DNA of 64,000 bases from an uncultured Bifidobacterium sp. (lineage in GTDB: Bacteria > Pseudomonadota > Gammaproteobacteria > Burkholderiales > Burkholderiaceae_D). Below the pieces are notes generated by a model, which searched no databases, had not been told where the DNA came from, and saw only the letters and a program-made list of their open reading frames with translations. The translations under genes were made by a program, and so were the position numbers. The stretch lies in NCBI GenBank assembly GCA_964515155.1, contig CAZESK010000002.1, positions 10,950-74,949 on the forward strand, written 5' to 3'. Position 1 is the stretch's first letter, and each line of letters starts with the position of its first letter. Below, one piece after another: positions 46,815 to 56,325 of the stretch.

Positions 46815-46839
46815 AAAAAAAAAATGGGCATCTGCCCAT
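46815..46839 (-). terminator. intrinsic terminator downstream of rluB
   Basis: Minus strand: ATGGGCAgaTGCCCAT followed by T10. Confidence 0.7.
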
Positions 46840-46996
46840 CTTCTTATACTTCCCGCTTCACGGGCGCCTCGGAGCACTTGCGCACTCACGAATTACCGGC
46901 AGCTCCGCTAAGCCCATGATTATATTCGATTGGTTCGTGCGCCGCAACGCAAAACCGGATCAGGAAGTTATCAAATACGGAATGTCGGATCACCCG

Positions 46997-48529
46997 TCAG
47001 CCGCGCGAACGGCGGCGCTGACCCATGCCGAAAGTGTCGGGCGACCAAACACCGACGGCCGCAGCGGCGTTCGCATTGGCGCGACGCTGCTGGCCGCCGC
47101 GCTGCGGACGCCCGCCCTTGCCTGCGGCCGGGAAGCCGAGCGCGGTCTGCAACGGATCCGGCTGGCGCGGCCGCTTTGGCCCCTGCGCAGCCTTGCTGTT
47201 CCTGCCGCCCTGCCCTTGCCCCTGCCCCTGCCCGGCTCCCTTGCCCTTGGATTGCGCACCCTGCCGGGGCTTTTCCAACCCACTCGCCGCCATGAGGTTA
47301 CGCACGGCATGCTCGTCGAGCTCTTCCCAGCGTCCGCGTCTGAGGCTGCTGGGCAAGGTCAGCGCACCATAACGGGTGCGAATCAGGCGCGAGACCGTCA
47401 GGCCGACCGCCTCGAACATTCGCCGCACCTCACGGTTGCGGCCCTCGGAAATGGTCACGCGGTACCACTTGTTGACGCCCTCGCCGCCGCCATCGGCAAT
47501 CTTGTTGAAGTTCGCCGGACCGTCGTCGAGGTCCACCCCGGAGAGCAGCTTCTGCCGCATTCCTTCCTCAAGCTCGCCAAGCGTGCGCACCGCATATTCG
47601 CGCTCAATGCTGTAACGCGGATGCATGAGCCGGTTGGCGAGGTCGCCAGAAGTCGTGAAGAGCAGCAAGCCCTCGGTATTGAAATCAAGCCGGCCCACGG
47701 CCAGCCACTTGGCTGTTTTGATGACGGGCAGGCGGTCGAAGACCGTGGCACGCCCCTCGGGATCGCTGCTGCTGACAATCTCCCCGGCCTGCTTGTGGTA
47801 CACCAGCACGCGCGGAGGCTTGGTGCTGACCTTGCGCTGGATAAGCTTGCCGTTGATGCGAACTTGATCAGCCGGCAGAATGCGCTGGCCGATGTGAGCC
47901 GGCTCGCCGTTAACCGACACGCGGCCGGCAATGATGAGTTCTTCCATGTCGCGCCGCGAACCGAGACCGGCTTCGGCCAGCACCTTATGCAGCTTGGGTG
48001 CATCGTCATCGGCGGTAAGGTCGCGCCGCACCGGCTTGGACTGACGTCCACGCCCGGACTTGTCGTCACCGGCCACGGGGTCGTCGAAGGCGCCGGAGGT
48101 CACAAGGCTAAAGATTGCATCGGCATCGGCGTCGGGCTTCCGCTGGCCCTGTTTCGCCGCAGGCCGCGACTTGCCGCCCTGCCCTTGCCCGGGATTTTGT
48201 CCCTGGCGTGAATTCTGCCCCGACCGCTTGCCGCGGTTGCGCTCCGCCCCTTGCTTTGGCGCGGGCTCGTTACCCTGACCAGCCTCGGGTGGCGCTCCCT
48301 CGCCGCGCTCGGCGCCGCGTGCACGGCGCAAAGACCGCGGACCACGAACGCCACGTCGGGCATTCTTCTTATCCTGTGCCTTGTCGTCGGTATCGGTAGC
48401 CGGAGCACTCGATGCCGCCGCCTCGCCATGATCGGCGACAGGCATCAGCGGTGTGTCATTGGGATTGTGAACTGTCATGTTGGGCTTCGGGAAGGGTTTC
48501 GTCAGGCGCACCAGCATCGGCGCGGGCAT
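46997..48529 (-). CDS. rluB: 23S rRNA pseudouridine synthase RluB with long Arg/Gly/Gln-rich N- and C-terminal tails
   Basis: S4 domain ([21 protein letters not shown]) and catalytic [15 protein letters not shown]. Start ambiguous (48529, 48478 or 48445). Confidence 0.85.
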   Translation of the reverse strand: MPAPMLVRLTKPFPKPNMTVHNPNDTPLMPVADHGEAAASSAPATDTDDKAQDKKNARRGVRGPRSLRRARGAERGEGAPPEAGQGNEPAPKQGAERNRGKRSGQNSRQGQNPGQGQGGKSRPAAKQGQRKPDADADAIFSLVTSGAFDDPVAGDDKSGRGRQSKPVRRDLTADDDAPKLHKVLAEAGLGSRRDMEELIIAGRVSVNGEPAHIGQRILPADQVRINGKLIQRKVSTKPPRVLVYHKQAGEIVSSSDPEGRATVFDRLPVIKTAKWLAVGRLDFNTEGLLLFTTSGDLANRLMHPRYSIEREYAVRTLGELEEGMRQKLLSGVDLDDGPANFNKIADGGGEGVNKWYRVTISEGRNREVRRMFEAVGLTVSRLIRTRYGALTLPSSLRRGRWEELDEHAVRNLMAASGLEKPRQGAQSKGKGAGQGQGQGQGGRNSKAAQGPKRPRQPDPLQTALGFPAAGKGGRPQRGGQQRRANANAAAAVGVWSPDTFGMGQRRRSRG

Positions 48530-49418
48530 CGCCGCCTATTTCAGGCTTTTGTCCGGAAACCTCTTCGTCCGTTCCGGCCGGACTTTGCTCGTCAAATTGA
48601 ATTGCTGCATCGACCTGCGCTTGCACGGCGGGCACAGCATGATCAACCGATTGCGAGCCGTTATCAGCCGCTTCGGCGTCCATGAGCAACGCTTCGGACT
48701 CAGCAACGGCTTCGGCTCCGCCCTCGGTTTCGGCCTCCTCCGCGCGCGCGACCGATACTTGCTGCACATCGGCAGGCGCGGCATCCGTGTCGGCAAAATC
48801 AATGGATGCCTGATCCAGCGTTGCTTGCAGGCTCAACTCCATCGCCTCCATTGCGTTCTCCGGCCCGCCGGGCAGGTGATCCTGTCCCACTTGCTGCAGC
48901 GGCGGCAACTCATCGAGCGAAGCAAGACCGAGGTCGTCAAGAAAATGCTTGGTGGTTGCCAGCAGTGCCGGACGGCCCGGTACATCGCGGTGACCGATAA
49001 CGTCCACCCACCCACGATCTTCCAGCATCTTGATCGTCTGCGAGTTGACCGCGACGCCACGAATCTCTTCGATGTCGCCTCGGGTCACGGGCTGGCGGTA
49101 AGCGATAATGGCCAGCGTCTCAAGCGTGGCACGCGTGTATTTGGGTGGCTTTTCCGGATTCAGTCGGTCAAGAAAGACCTTCATCTCGGGGCGGCTTTGA
49201 AAACGCCAGCCCGTCGAGAGCCGCACCAACTCGATGCCACGCTCAGTCCACTCCTGCTGCAGCTCATCGAGGATGGCGCTGATCGTGTCGCTGTCGAGCG
49301 CCGATTCGTGCACCTCGCCCGGGCTGGTGAACAATTTTTTCAGGTCATTGATCGCCATCGCCTCGTGGGCACATAGCAGTGCCGTCTCGAGGACTTTCTT
49401 CGCCTCAGCTGTATTCAT
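48456..49418 (-). CDS. scpB: SMC-Scp complex subunit ScpB with an acidic C-terminal extension
   Basis: [24 protein letters not shown] winged-helix region, followed by about 130 residues of D/E/A-rich tail. Confidence 0.85.
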   Translation of the reverse strand: MNTAEAKKVLETALLCAHEAMAINDLKKLFTSPGEVHESALDSDTISAILDELQQEWTERGIELVRLSTGWRFQSRPEMKVFLDRLNPEKPPKYTRATLETLAIIAYRQPVTRGDIEEIRGVAVNSQTIKMLEDRGWVDVIGHRDVPGRPALLATTKHFLDDLGLASLDELPPLQQVGQDHLPGGPENAMEAMELSLQATLDQASIDFADTDAAPADVQQVSVARAEEAETEGGAEAVAESEALLMDAEAADNGSQSVDHAVPAVQAQVDAAIQFDEQSPAGTDEEVSGQKPEIGGDARADAGAPDETLPEAQHDSSQSQ

Positions 49419-49732
49419 CTACGATTCGTGTAGTGCGGGTTGGTTGCAGTGAGCGGCTTAAAATCAAGGCCTGCATCAAGGACGCCGCAGGCAAATACAT
49501 GTGTGGTGATGCTGGCGAGCCAGGGACCGGATGTGGAATTTTTTTGTGGTCGCTGGCGTGATCTGCGCCTGGTAAGACTCTTGGACCGACCGTATTGCAG
49601 CGAAGCTGGGCACTGCGCGCGGACTCAAGTTGAGCCGGATTATAGGGTAGTTCGGCGGACTTGTCATTCGCCCATGAAGCCGTCCCACACCGGTCTGCAT
49701 GCCGCCCGGTGACGCGCCCAATGCTGATCCTC

Positions 49733-49763
49733 AAAAACAAAAGGGTCCGGAAAACCCGGACCC
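49733..49763 (-). terminator. intrinsic terminator downstream of the initiator tRNA
   Basis: Minus strand: GGGTCCGGgttttCCGGACCC followed by TTTTGTTTTT. Confidence 0.8.
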
Positions 49764-49773
49764 TTCTCTTGTC

Positions 49774-49850
49774 TGGTTGCGGGGACAGGATTTGAACCTG
49801 TGACCTTCGGGTTATGAGCCCGACGAGCTGCCAGACTGCTCCACCCCGCG
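49774..49850 (-). tRNA. initiator tRNA-fMet (anticodon CAT)
   Basis: Reverse complement is CGCGGGG...GGGCTCATAACCC...CCCCGCAACCA. It has the C1:A72 mismatch and three G:C pairs closing the anticodon stem, both hallmarks of the bacterial initiator. Confidence 0.9.
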
Positions 49851-49986
49851 TCTGAAGACCGCAAATATAACGCATGTGGCTTCGCGATGCAAACGCAGAA
49901 TGAAGATAAATGAGGCGTGTCGGTGAATGCTACACTCGGCGACATCCACTTTCTGCCGCGCTACGGGCCGGCCTTCCCTGCTACCG

Positions 49987-50553
49987 ATGAATTTCTGCTC
50001 CGATTGCGGACAACCGGTCTCGCTAGCCATGCCGGCAGATGACAACCGCTTGCGTCACATCTGCGGCCACTGCGGCACCATCCACTATCAGAATCCGAAG
50101 ATGGTCATTGGCAGCATTCCGCTCTGGATGCAGGACGGCCAGCCGCAGCTGCTCCTGTGCCGCCGCGCAATCGAACCACGACGCGGTTACTGGACGCTGC
50201 CAGCGGGTTTCATGGAAAACGAGGAGACCACGGAAGAGGCTGCGCAGCGCGAGACAGTTGAAGAAGCGGGTGCCCGCATCGAATTACAGGGCTTATTCAC
50301 CTTGCTCAACGTGCCGCACGTCCACCAGGTGCACCTGTTCTATCGCGCGCGGCTGCTCGATCTGGGCTTTGAGGCGGGTACCGAAAGCCTCGAGGTGAAG
50401 CTATTTGCCGAAGACCAGATACCGTGGGACGAGATCGCCTTCCCCACGGTGTCGCACACACTGAAGCTGTTCTTTAGCGAGTTCGCGGCGCATCGCGAGG
50501 GCAAACCGTTCGGCGTGCACAGCATCGACATCCGTCGCAGCATCGGGCGATAG
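49987..50553 (+). CDS. NUDIX hydrolase with an N-terminal zinc ribbon
   Basis: MNFCSDCG...CGHCG zinc ribbon and Nudix box GFMENEETTEEAAQRETVEEAG. Confidence 0.85.
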   Translation: MNFCSDCGQPVSLAMPADDNRLRHICGHCGTIHYQNPKMVIGSIPLWMQDGQPQLLLCRRAIEPRRGYWTLPAGFMENEETTEEAAQRETVEEAGARIELQGLFTLLNVPHVHQVHLFYRARLLDLGFEAGTESLEVKLFAEDQIPWDEIAFPTVSHTLKLFFSEFAAHREGKPFGVHSIDIRRSIGR

Positions 50554-50683
50554 CAGCGGGGACGAGCGAGAGCGAGTGTACGCCTGCAGTCCCACCACCC
50601 CGTCGGCGCCGGTGAGCGACGACCACGGTTGACGCGCAGGCCGGGTAGCGCGAAGCGACACCCACCCTGCGCTAGTTCCTGCC

Positions 50684-51886
50684 TTACCAGCTCACCTCAC
50701 GCTCAGGCGTGGCCGTGATCTTGTGGATCGTCAAGTCTGCGCCAACGTACTCGTCCTCGGGATCGAGGCGGATGCCGATCCACATTTTCAGCGCACCATA
50801 GACCAGCAGCCCGCCGAGCGTGGCAATGGTGATACCCAGCACGGTGCCGACCAGCTGCGATAGCAGTGACACTCCACCCATACCGCCCAAGGCCTTCGAA
50901 CCGAAGATACCCGCGGCGATTCCGCCCCACGCACCACATAGCCCGTGCAATGGCCAGACCCCGAGCACATCATCAATCTTCCAGCGGTTCTGCGTGAGCG
51001 TGAAGAGCCACACAAAGATGGCACCGGCGATGCCGCCGGTGACCAGGGCGCCGACCGGATGCATCAGGTCCGAACCGGCGCAAATCGCGACCAGTCCCGC
51101 AAGCGGGCCGTTGTAGGCAAAGCCCGGATCATTTTTGCCCATCAGAGCAGCGACCAGCGTGCCGCCGACCATGGCCATGAGCGAGTTCATTGCGACCAGA
51201 CCGTTCATCTGGTCCAGTGTCTGCGCGCTCATGACGTTAAAACCGAACCAGCCCACGGCGAGGATCCACGCACCCAGTGCAAGGAAGGGGATGCTCGACG
51301 GCGGATGCGCAGCTATGCCGCCATCCTTGGTGTAGCGGCCGCGGCGGGAGCCGAGCAGGATCACGGCCGGCAGCGCCGCCCAACCGCCAAAGGCGTGCAC
51401 CACCACCGAGCCGGCAAAGTCATGGAAGGGCGCGCCGAAGCTCGACTCCAGCCAGGCCTGGACGCCAAAGCGCTGGTTCCACGCAATACCCTCGAAGAGC
51501 GGATATGCGAAGCCCACCATCAGCGCCGTGGCAACCAGCTGGGGGTTAAAGCGCGCACGCTCGGCAATGCCGCCGGAGATGATGGCGGGAATGGCCGCAG
51601 CGAAAGTCAGCAGGAAGAAAAACTTCACCAGCTCGAAGCCACTTTTTTCAGCGAGCACCTCGGCGCTGCCGAAAAAATGAATGCCGTAGGCGATGCCATA
51701 GCCAATGAAGAAATAGGCCACCGTGGAGACGGCGAAATCAACTAAGATTTTTACCAGCGCATTGACCTGGTTCTTCTTGCGCACGGTCCCGAGCTCGAGA
51801 AACGCAAAACCGGCATGCATCGCCAGAATCATGATCGCGCCAAGCATAATGAACAGGCTGTCGGCGCCACTGCGGAATGCATCCAT
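50684..51886 (-). CDS. amt: ammonium transporter
   Basis: Amt/MEP family (FAFLELGTVRKKN, HAFGGWAAL, 11 TM). Start at MDAFRSG with GGGGAGA SD. Confidence 0.9.
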   Translation of the reverse strand: MDAFRSGADSLFIMLGAIMILAMHAGFAFLELGTVRKKNQVNALVKILVDFAVSTVAYFFIGYGIAYGIHFFGSAEVLAEKSGFELVKFFFLLTFAAAIPAIISGGIAERARFNPQLVATALMVGFAYPLFEGIAWNQRFGVQAWLESSFGAPFHDFAGSVVVHAFGGWAALPAVILLGSRRGRYTKDGGIAAHPPSSIPFLALGAWILAVGWFGFNVMSAQTLDQMNGLVAMNSLMAMVGGTLVAALMGKNDPGFAYNGPLAGLVAICAGSDLMHPVGALVTGGIAGAIFVWLFTLTQNRWKIDDVLGVWPLHGLCGAWGGIAAGIFGSKALGGMGGVSLLSQLVGTVLGITIATLGGLLVYGALKMWIGIRLDPEDEYVGADLTIHKITATPEREVSW

Positions 51887-51934
51887 AATGATCTCCCCTT
51901 TTGAGTGCAGGAAAATAAGAAAAGCCTGTTCATA

Positions 51935-51951
51935 AGCAATAACTGTTCCAT
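51935..51951 (-). promoter_or_regulatory. sigma-54 promoter of amt
   Basis: Minus strand reads TGGAAC-AGTTA-TTGCT. GG/GC spacing is exact and 10 of 12 consensus positions match (TGGCAC-N5-TTGCW). It lies about 50 nt upstream of the amt ATG. Confidence 0.7.
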
Positions 51952-51976
51952 TATTGTGCAAGTCTGCATATATTCA

Positions 51977-51989
51977 TAAGCTGTTGATT
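51977..51989 (-). promoter_or_regulatory. IHF-like site between the enhancer and the sigma-54 promoter
   Basis: Minus strand AATCAACAGCTTA matches WATCAANNNNTTR, within an AT-rich tract. Confidence 0.45.
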
Positions 51990-52031
51990 TTTAATATTAA
52001 TTTTTGTTTTTTAAAACAGCTGGCGCCATCA

Positions 52032-52050
52032 TGCGCACTTCCAAGGTGCA
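52032..52050. promoter_or_regulatory. NtrC-type enhancer site
   Basis: tgCGCACttccaagGTGCA has GCAC-N7-GTGC half-sites as in TGCACCAnnnTGGTGCA. It lies about 85 bp upstream of the -24 element. Confidence 0.5.
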
Positions 52051-52074
52051 TAAGATCGGCCCGAATTGGTGAAG

Positions 52075-52860
52075 ATGCCCATTCCCTGGATTGATATCGA
52101 CACGCCGTTTCCCGATCCCGCCTCGGCCCTGTCCGAGCTGGACGGCGCGCCGGGCCTGCTCGCCGCCGGGGCGGACCTCTCGCCGGGTCGACTGCTCGAC
52201 GCTTATCGCAACGGCATCTTTCCTTGGTTCTCGGAGCACCAGCCGATCCTCTGGTGGAGCACGGATCCGCGCATGGTGCTGCTCACCGCAGACTTCCATG
52301 TGTCGCACAGCCTGCGAAAGACCCTGAAAAAGATCGACCGCAGCATGGCTGATGGCGGCCCGTGGAAGGTGCGGTTCGACAGTGCATTCAGCGCGGTCAT
52401 GCTCGCCTGCGCCGGGCCGCGCGCCGACCAGGCCGGCACCTGGATCTCGCCGCAAATCATTGATGGGTATGCAGGGCTGCACCAGCTGGGATACGCGCAC
52501 TCGTCCGAGCTCTGGTTCGACGGGCAGCTGGTGGGCGGGGCGTATGGCGTGTGCCTCGGCAGGATGTTTTACGGCGAATCCATGTTCGCACTACGGCCGG
52601 ATGCCTCGAAAGTGGCGCTGGCCTATCTGGTGCACTTCCTGCGCGTCGAGGGAGTCCAGATGATCGACTGCCAGCAGGAGACCTCGCATCTCGGCTCGCT
52701 CGGTGCGCGGCCGATGCCGCGAGCCGACTTCCTCCAGCACCTGCGGGTAGCGGTGACAAAGCCCCCGATCCCGGTGTGGAAACCCCGACTGCTCGCCGAT
52801 GGATTCTTCGGCGAAAGTGCCGCAAACAAAGCTTTGCAAGCAGATGCGGGATCAGTGTAA
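52075..52860 (+). CDS. aat: leucyl/phenylalanyl-tRNA--protein transferase
   Basis: [30 protein letters not shown]. The first ATG in the ORF was chosen; TTG at 52066 or GTG at 52069 are possible. Confidence 0.9.
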   Translation: MPIPWIDIDTPFPDPASALSELDGAPGLLAAGADLSPGRLLDAYRNGIFPWFSEHQPILWWSTDPRMVLLTADFHVSHSLRKTLKKIDRSMADGGPWKVRFDSAFSAVMLACAGPRADQAGTWISPQIIDGYAGLHQLGYAHSSELWFDGQLVGGAYGVCLGRMFYGESMFALRPDASKVALAYLVHFLRVEGVQMIDCQQETSHLGSLGARPMPRADFLQHLRVAVTKPPIPVWKPRLLADGFFGESAANKALQADAGSV

Positions 52861-52869
52861 ATTCGTGGC

Positions 52870-53598
52870 ATGACCCACCTCAAGGATCTGCCTTTCTCAA
52901 CGTTGCAGTTCTATGCAACGGCGCCCTACCCGTGCAGCTACCTTGAGCACCGGCAGGCGAGGTCGCAGGTTGCTACGCCCTCGCATCTCATCAATGCCGA
53001 CGTCTATTCTGAACTGGTGAAGAACGGTTTCCGCCGCAGCGGCATCTTCACTTACCGCCCCTACTGCGACGGTTGCCAGGCCTGCACGCCGGTGCGCGTG
53101 AGAGCGGCCGACTTTGTCGCCAACCGCAGCCAGCGTCGCGCATGGAAGCAGCATGGCAATCTGACCACCTCGGTATCGCGCCTGGCTTACGTGCATGAGC
53201 ACTACGAGCTCTACCTGCGGTACCAGTCGGTGCGCCATGCCGGCGGCGGCATGGACCAGGACAGCCGCGACCAGTACGCGCAATTCCTGTTGCAGAGCAA
53301 GGTCAACACGCGACTCGTCGAGTTCCGCGATCCCGAGGGTACGCTGCGCATGGTCAGCATCATCGACGTACTCGATGACGGTCTGTCCTCGGTCTATACC
53401 TTCTTCGATCCGGATGAGCAGAAATGCAGCTACGGCACCTACAACGTGCTGTGGCAGATCGAACAGGCGCGCCAGCTGAACATGCCCTATGTCTACCTCG
53501 GCTACTGGATCGCCGAGAGCGAGAAGATGCGCTACAAAGTCAACTTCCATCCGGTCGAGGCATTGCGCCGCGGACGCTGGGAGCCAATGGATAGCTGA
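52870..53598 (+). CDS. bpt: arginyltransferase-family aspartate/glutamate leucyltransferase
   Basis: [18 protein letters not shown] and CxxCxxC region. Adjacent to aat, as is common. Confidence 0.9.
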   Translation: MTHLKDLPFSTLQFYATAPYPCSYLEHRQARSQVATPSHLINADVYSELVKNGFRRSGIFTYRPYCDGCQACTPVRVRAADFVANRSQRRAWKQHGNLTTSVSRLAYVHEHYELYLRYQSVRHAGGGMDQDSRDQYAQFLLQSKVNTRLVEFRDPEGTLRMVSIIDVLDDGLSSVYTFFDPDEQKCSYGTYNVLWQIEQARQLNMPYVYLGYWIAESEKMRYKVNFHPVEALRRGRWEPMDS

Positions 53599-53641
53599 CT
53601 GTCCGTTAGAATGGGCGGCATTGCCCCAAGACTGCCCCATC

Positions 53642-54679
53642 GTGTCCGATCGCCTGCTCTATTCCCTCGCCCGCCCGCTGCTGTTCTCGCTTGATGCCGA
53701 GTCCGCGCATAACCTGACCCTACCGGCCCTGCGCGTTGCCGCAAAAGCAGGCATCGCGCAACGGATTCCGAAGCCGCAGCCCGACCCACGCACGGTGATG
53801 GGAATCCGCTTTCCCAACCCGGTGGGCCTGGCTGCGGGGCTCGACAAGGACGGTGCCTATATCGACGGCCTGGCTGCGCTCGGATTCGGCTTCATCGAAG
53901 TCGGCACGGTCACGCCGCGCCCGCAACCGGGGAACCCGCGACCGCGCATGTTCCGGCTGGCTGATGCCAATGCACTGATCAACCGGATGGGCTTCAACAA
54001 CGGCGGCGTTGATGCATTTGTGCGTAATGTGCAGGCCTCGCGGTTCTATCAAGACAAGCTCGGCGTCCTTGGCCTGAACATCGGCAAGAACGCGGACACG
54101 CCGATCGAGCGCGCCACCGAGGACTACCTGACCTGTCTCGAGCAGGTCTACCCGTATGCTGCCTACGTGACGGTGAATATTTCCTCGCCGAACACCAAGA
54201 ACCTGCGCCAGCTGCAGCAGGCTTCCGAGCTCGACGACCTGCTGCAGCGGCTCAAGCAGTCCCAAGCGAAGCTGGCCGACCTGCACGGGCGTTATGTGCC
54301 GGTCGTGCTGAAGATCGCGCCCGACCTCGACGATGAGCAGATCAAGACGATCGCCGGTGCGCTGCTGCGGCACAAAATGGACGGCGTAATCGCGACCAAT
54401 ACGACCATCACCCGTGAGGCCGTACGAGGTCTGCCGCATGCCGAGGAAACCGGCGGCCTGTCCGGTGCGCCGGTGCGCGAGCTGTCGACGAAGGTCATCC
54501 GCGCGCTGCATCATGAACTGGGCGACGCGCTGCCCATCATTGGCGTCGGCGGCATCCTGTGCGGCGCGGATGCGAAGGCAAAAATCGATGCGGGCGCGAG
54601 CCTCGTGCAGCTCTACACCGGACTGATCTATCGCGGACCGGCACTGGTACGCGACTGCGCATCGGCGCTGGCTGCCTGA
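53642..54679 (+). CDS. pyrD: dihydroorotate dehydrogenase (quinone), class 2
   Basis: [19 protein letters not shown]-terminus, [10 protein letters not shown] and NISSPNT motifs. GTG start; the upstream ORF extension overlaps bpt. Confidence 0.9.
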   Translation: MSDRLLYSLARPLLFSLDAESAHNLTLPALRVAAKAGIAQRIPKPQPDPRTVMGIRFPNPVGLAAGLDKDGAYIDGLAALGFGFIEVGTVTPRPQPGNPRPRMFRLADANALINRMGFNNGGVDAFVRNVQASRFYQDKLGVLGLNIGKNADTPIERATEDYLTCLEQVYPYAAYVTVNISSPNTKNLRQLQQASELDDLLQRLKQSQAKLADLHGRYVPVVLKIAPDLDDEQIKTIAGALLRHKMDGVIATNTTITREAVRGLPHAEETGGLSGAPVRELSTKVIRALHHELGDALPIIGVGGILCGADAKAKIDAGASLVQLYTGLIYRGPALVRDCASALAA

Positions 54680-54708
54680 ATAACTTCACAAGAAAAACGG
54701 AGACACGC

Positions 54709-55749
54709 ATGGACAAGATCCGACTCGGCAACAGTGATCTCGAGGTATCGAAGATCTGCCTCGGCACCATGACCTTCGGCGAGCAGAACACGGAAGCCGA
54801 AGGCCACAGCCAGCTCGATTACGCGCTCGAGCGCGGCGTCAATTTCATCGATACAGCGGAAATGTATCCGGTGATGCCGCGCGCCGAAACCACCGGCGCG
54901 ACCGAGCGCATCATCGGCAGCTGGCTCAAGGCATCGGGACGACGCAAGGACGTCATCCTCGCGACCAAGATCGCCGGTCCGTCGCAAATGCAATGGATAC
55001 GCAATGGCGAGAACAACTTCGACCGCAAAAACATCCGTGCGGCCATCGAAGGCAGCCTGCAGCGCCTGCAGACCGACTATATCGACCTGTACCAGCTGCA
55101 CTGGCCGAGCCGCAATGTGCCCGTCTTCGGCCAGCTGTTTTTCGATCCGCGCCGCGAGCGTCCCTGCGTGCCGATCGAGGAAACGCTGGCTGCCCTGAAA
55201 GAGCTCATTGACGAAGGCAAAGTGCGCTACATCGGTGTCTCCAATGAGAGCGCCTGGGGCGTGGCGGAGTTCGTGCGCATCGCCGAGCAGATGGGGCTAC
55301 CACGCATCGTGTCGATCCAGAATGCCTACCATCTGGCCAACCGGCAGTTCGAGTCCGGCATCGACGAAGCCTGCTACCGCGCCAATGTCGGTCTCCTTGC
55401 CTACAGCCCGCTCGCCTTCGGGCAGCTCACCGGTAAATACATCGACAACCCAAAAGCGCCCGGCCGGCTGACGATCTTCCCGCCAAACTGGAGCCCGCGT
55501 TATTTGCGCCCGCGCGTGGTCGATGCCACCCGCCGCTACATGAAGATCGCTGCCGACAACGGCATGAGTGTGACCGAGCTGGCGCTGGCCTGGTGCTATA
55601 CGCGCTGGTTCATCGCCTCGACCATCATTGGCGCCACCAGCATCGCGCAGCTGAAAACCGACATCGATGCGTATTCGGTGACACTATCGGACGAGATAGT
55701 GAAGGCAGTCAACGAGGTACACCTCGAGTTTACGAATCCGGGGATGTAA
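54709..55749 (+). CDS. aldo/keto reductase (Tas/YdhF-like NADP-dependent oxidoreductase)
   Basis: MDKIRLGNSDLEVSKICLGTMTFG, GVNFIDTAEMY, DLYQLHWP. ACGGAGA SD. Confidence 0.9.
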   Translation: MDKIRLGNSDLEVSKICLGTMTFGEQNTEAEGHSQLDYALERGVNFIDTAEMYPVMPRAETTGATERIIGSWLKASGRRKDVILATKIAGPSQMQWIRNGENNFDRKNIRAAIEGSLQRLQTDYIDLYQLHWPSRNVPVFGQLFFDPRRERPCVPIEETLAALKELIDEGKVRYIGVSNESAWGVAEFVRIAEQMGLPRIVSIQNAYHLANRQFESGIDEACYRANVGLLAYSPLAFGQLTGKYIDNPKAPGRLTIFPPNWSPRYLRPRVVDATRRYMKIAADNGMSVTELALAWCYTRWFIASTIIGATSIAQLKTDIDAYSVTLSDEIVKAVNEVHLEFTNPGM

Positions 55750-55755
55750 AAGGGC

Positions 55756-55923
55756 GCGGGTGGGGATGGCGGGTTTCGCTGCGCTCTACCCGCCCTATGG
55801 TTTGAAGGTGGCCTTTACAACATCGGGCGTGTTGGGCGTGTTGGGCGTGTTGGGCGTGTTGGGCGTATTCGGCATATTGGGCTCATAGGGCGGGTAGAGC
55901 GCAGCGAAACCCGCCGCACCCGC
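55756..55923. repeat. REP/BIME-like element: 32-bp perfect inverted repeat enclosing a 9-bp tandem repeat
   Basis: The left arm GGCGGGTTTCGCTGCGCTCTACCCGCCCTATG (55768-55799) is the exact reverse complement of 55884-55915. Each arm is itself a hairpin (GGCGGGT/ACCCGCC). Between them GGGCGTGTT occurs 4 times perfectly, plus 3 degenerate units (55825-55887). Confidence 0.85.
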
Positions 55924-55926
55924 CGA

Positions 55927-56322
55927 TCAGCCGAACACCACCGGATACAGCACCACGCCCCACGTCACCAGCGCGAACAGACAACTCAGCATCACTGCCG
56001 CGCTACCCAGATCCTTGGCATTCTTGGACAGCAAATGCCGGTCAAGCGATACCCGATCCACGACCGCTTCGATGGCCGAGTTGAGCAGCTCAACCACCAG
56101 CACCAGTACCAGCACGCCGATCAGTGCAAGCTTTTCGAAACGTGAGATTGGCAGCATCAGCGCTATCACGATGCCGGGCACCGCGACCATCAGCTCCTGA
56201 CGGAACGCATGCTCATGACGCCACGCAGTGCGCAGCCCGTCAATCGAGTAAACAAACGCTGAAAAGACCCGCTTGATACCGCTCTTACTCTTGAACTCGC
56301 TGGTTTGCTGGCTGTCGGACAT
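55927..56322 (-). CDS. dgkA: diacylglycerol kinase
   Basis: 131 aa. GIKRVFSAFVYSIDGLRTAWRHEHAFRQE and three TM helices. Confidence 0.9.
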   Translation of the reverse strand: MSDSQQTSEFKSKSGIKRVFSAFVYSIDGLRTAWRHEHAFRQELMVAVPGIVIALMLPISRFEKLALIGVLVLVLVVELLNSAIEAVVDRVSLDRHLLSKNAKDLGSAAVMLSCLFALVTWGVVLYPVVFG

Positions 56323-56325
56323 CGG

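Noticed and set aside
55825-55887. A 9-bp tandem repeat, considered as a possible CRISPR-like or minisatellite coding feature.
   Set aside because: The units are contiguous with no spacers, only 9 bp long, and there are no cas genes. It is better explained as a microsatellite inside a REP/BIME-like element.
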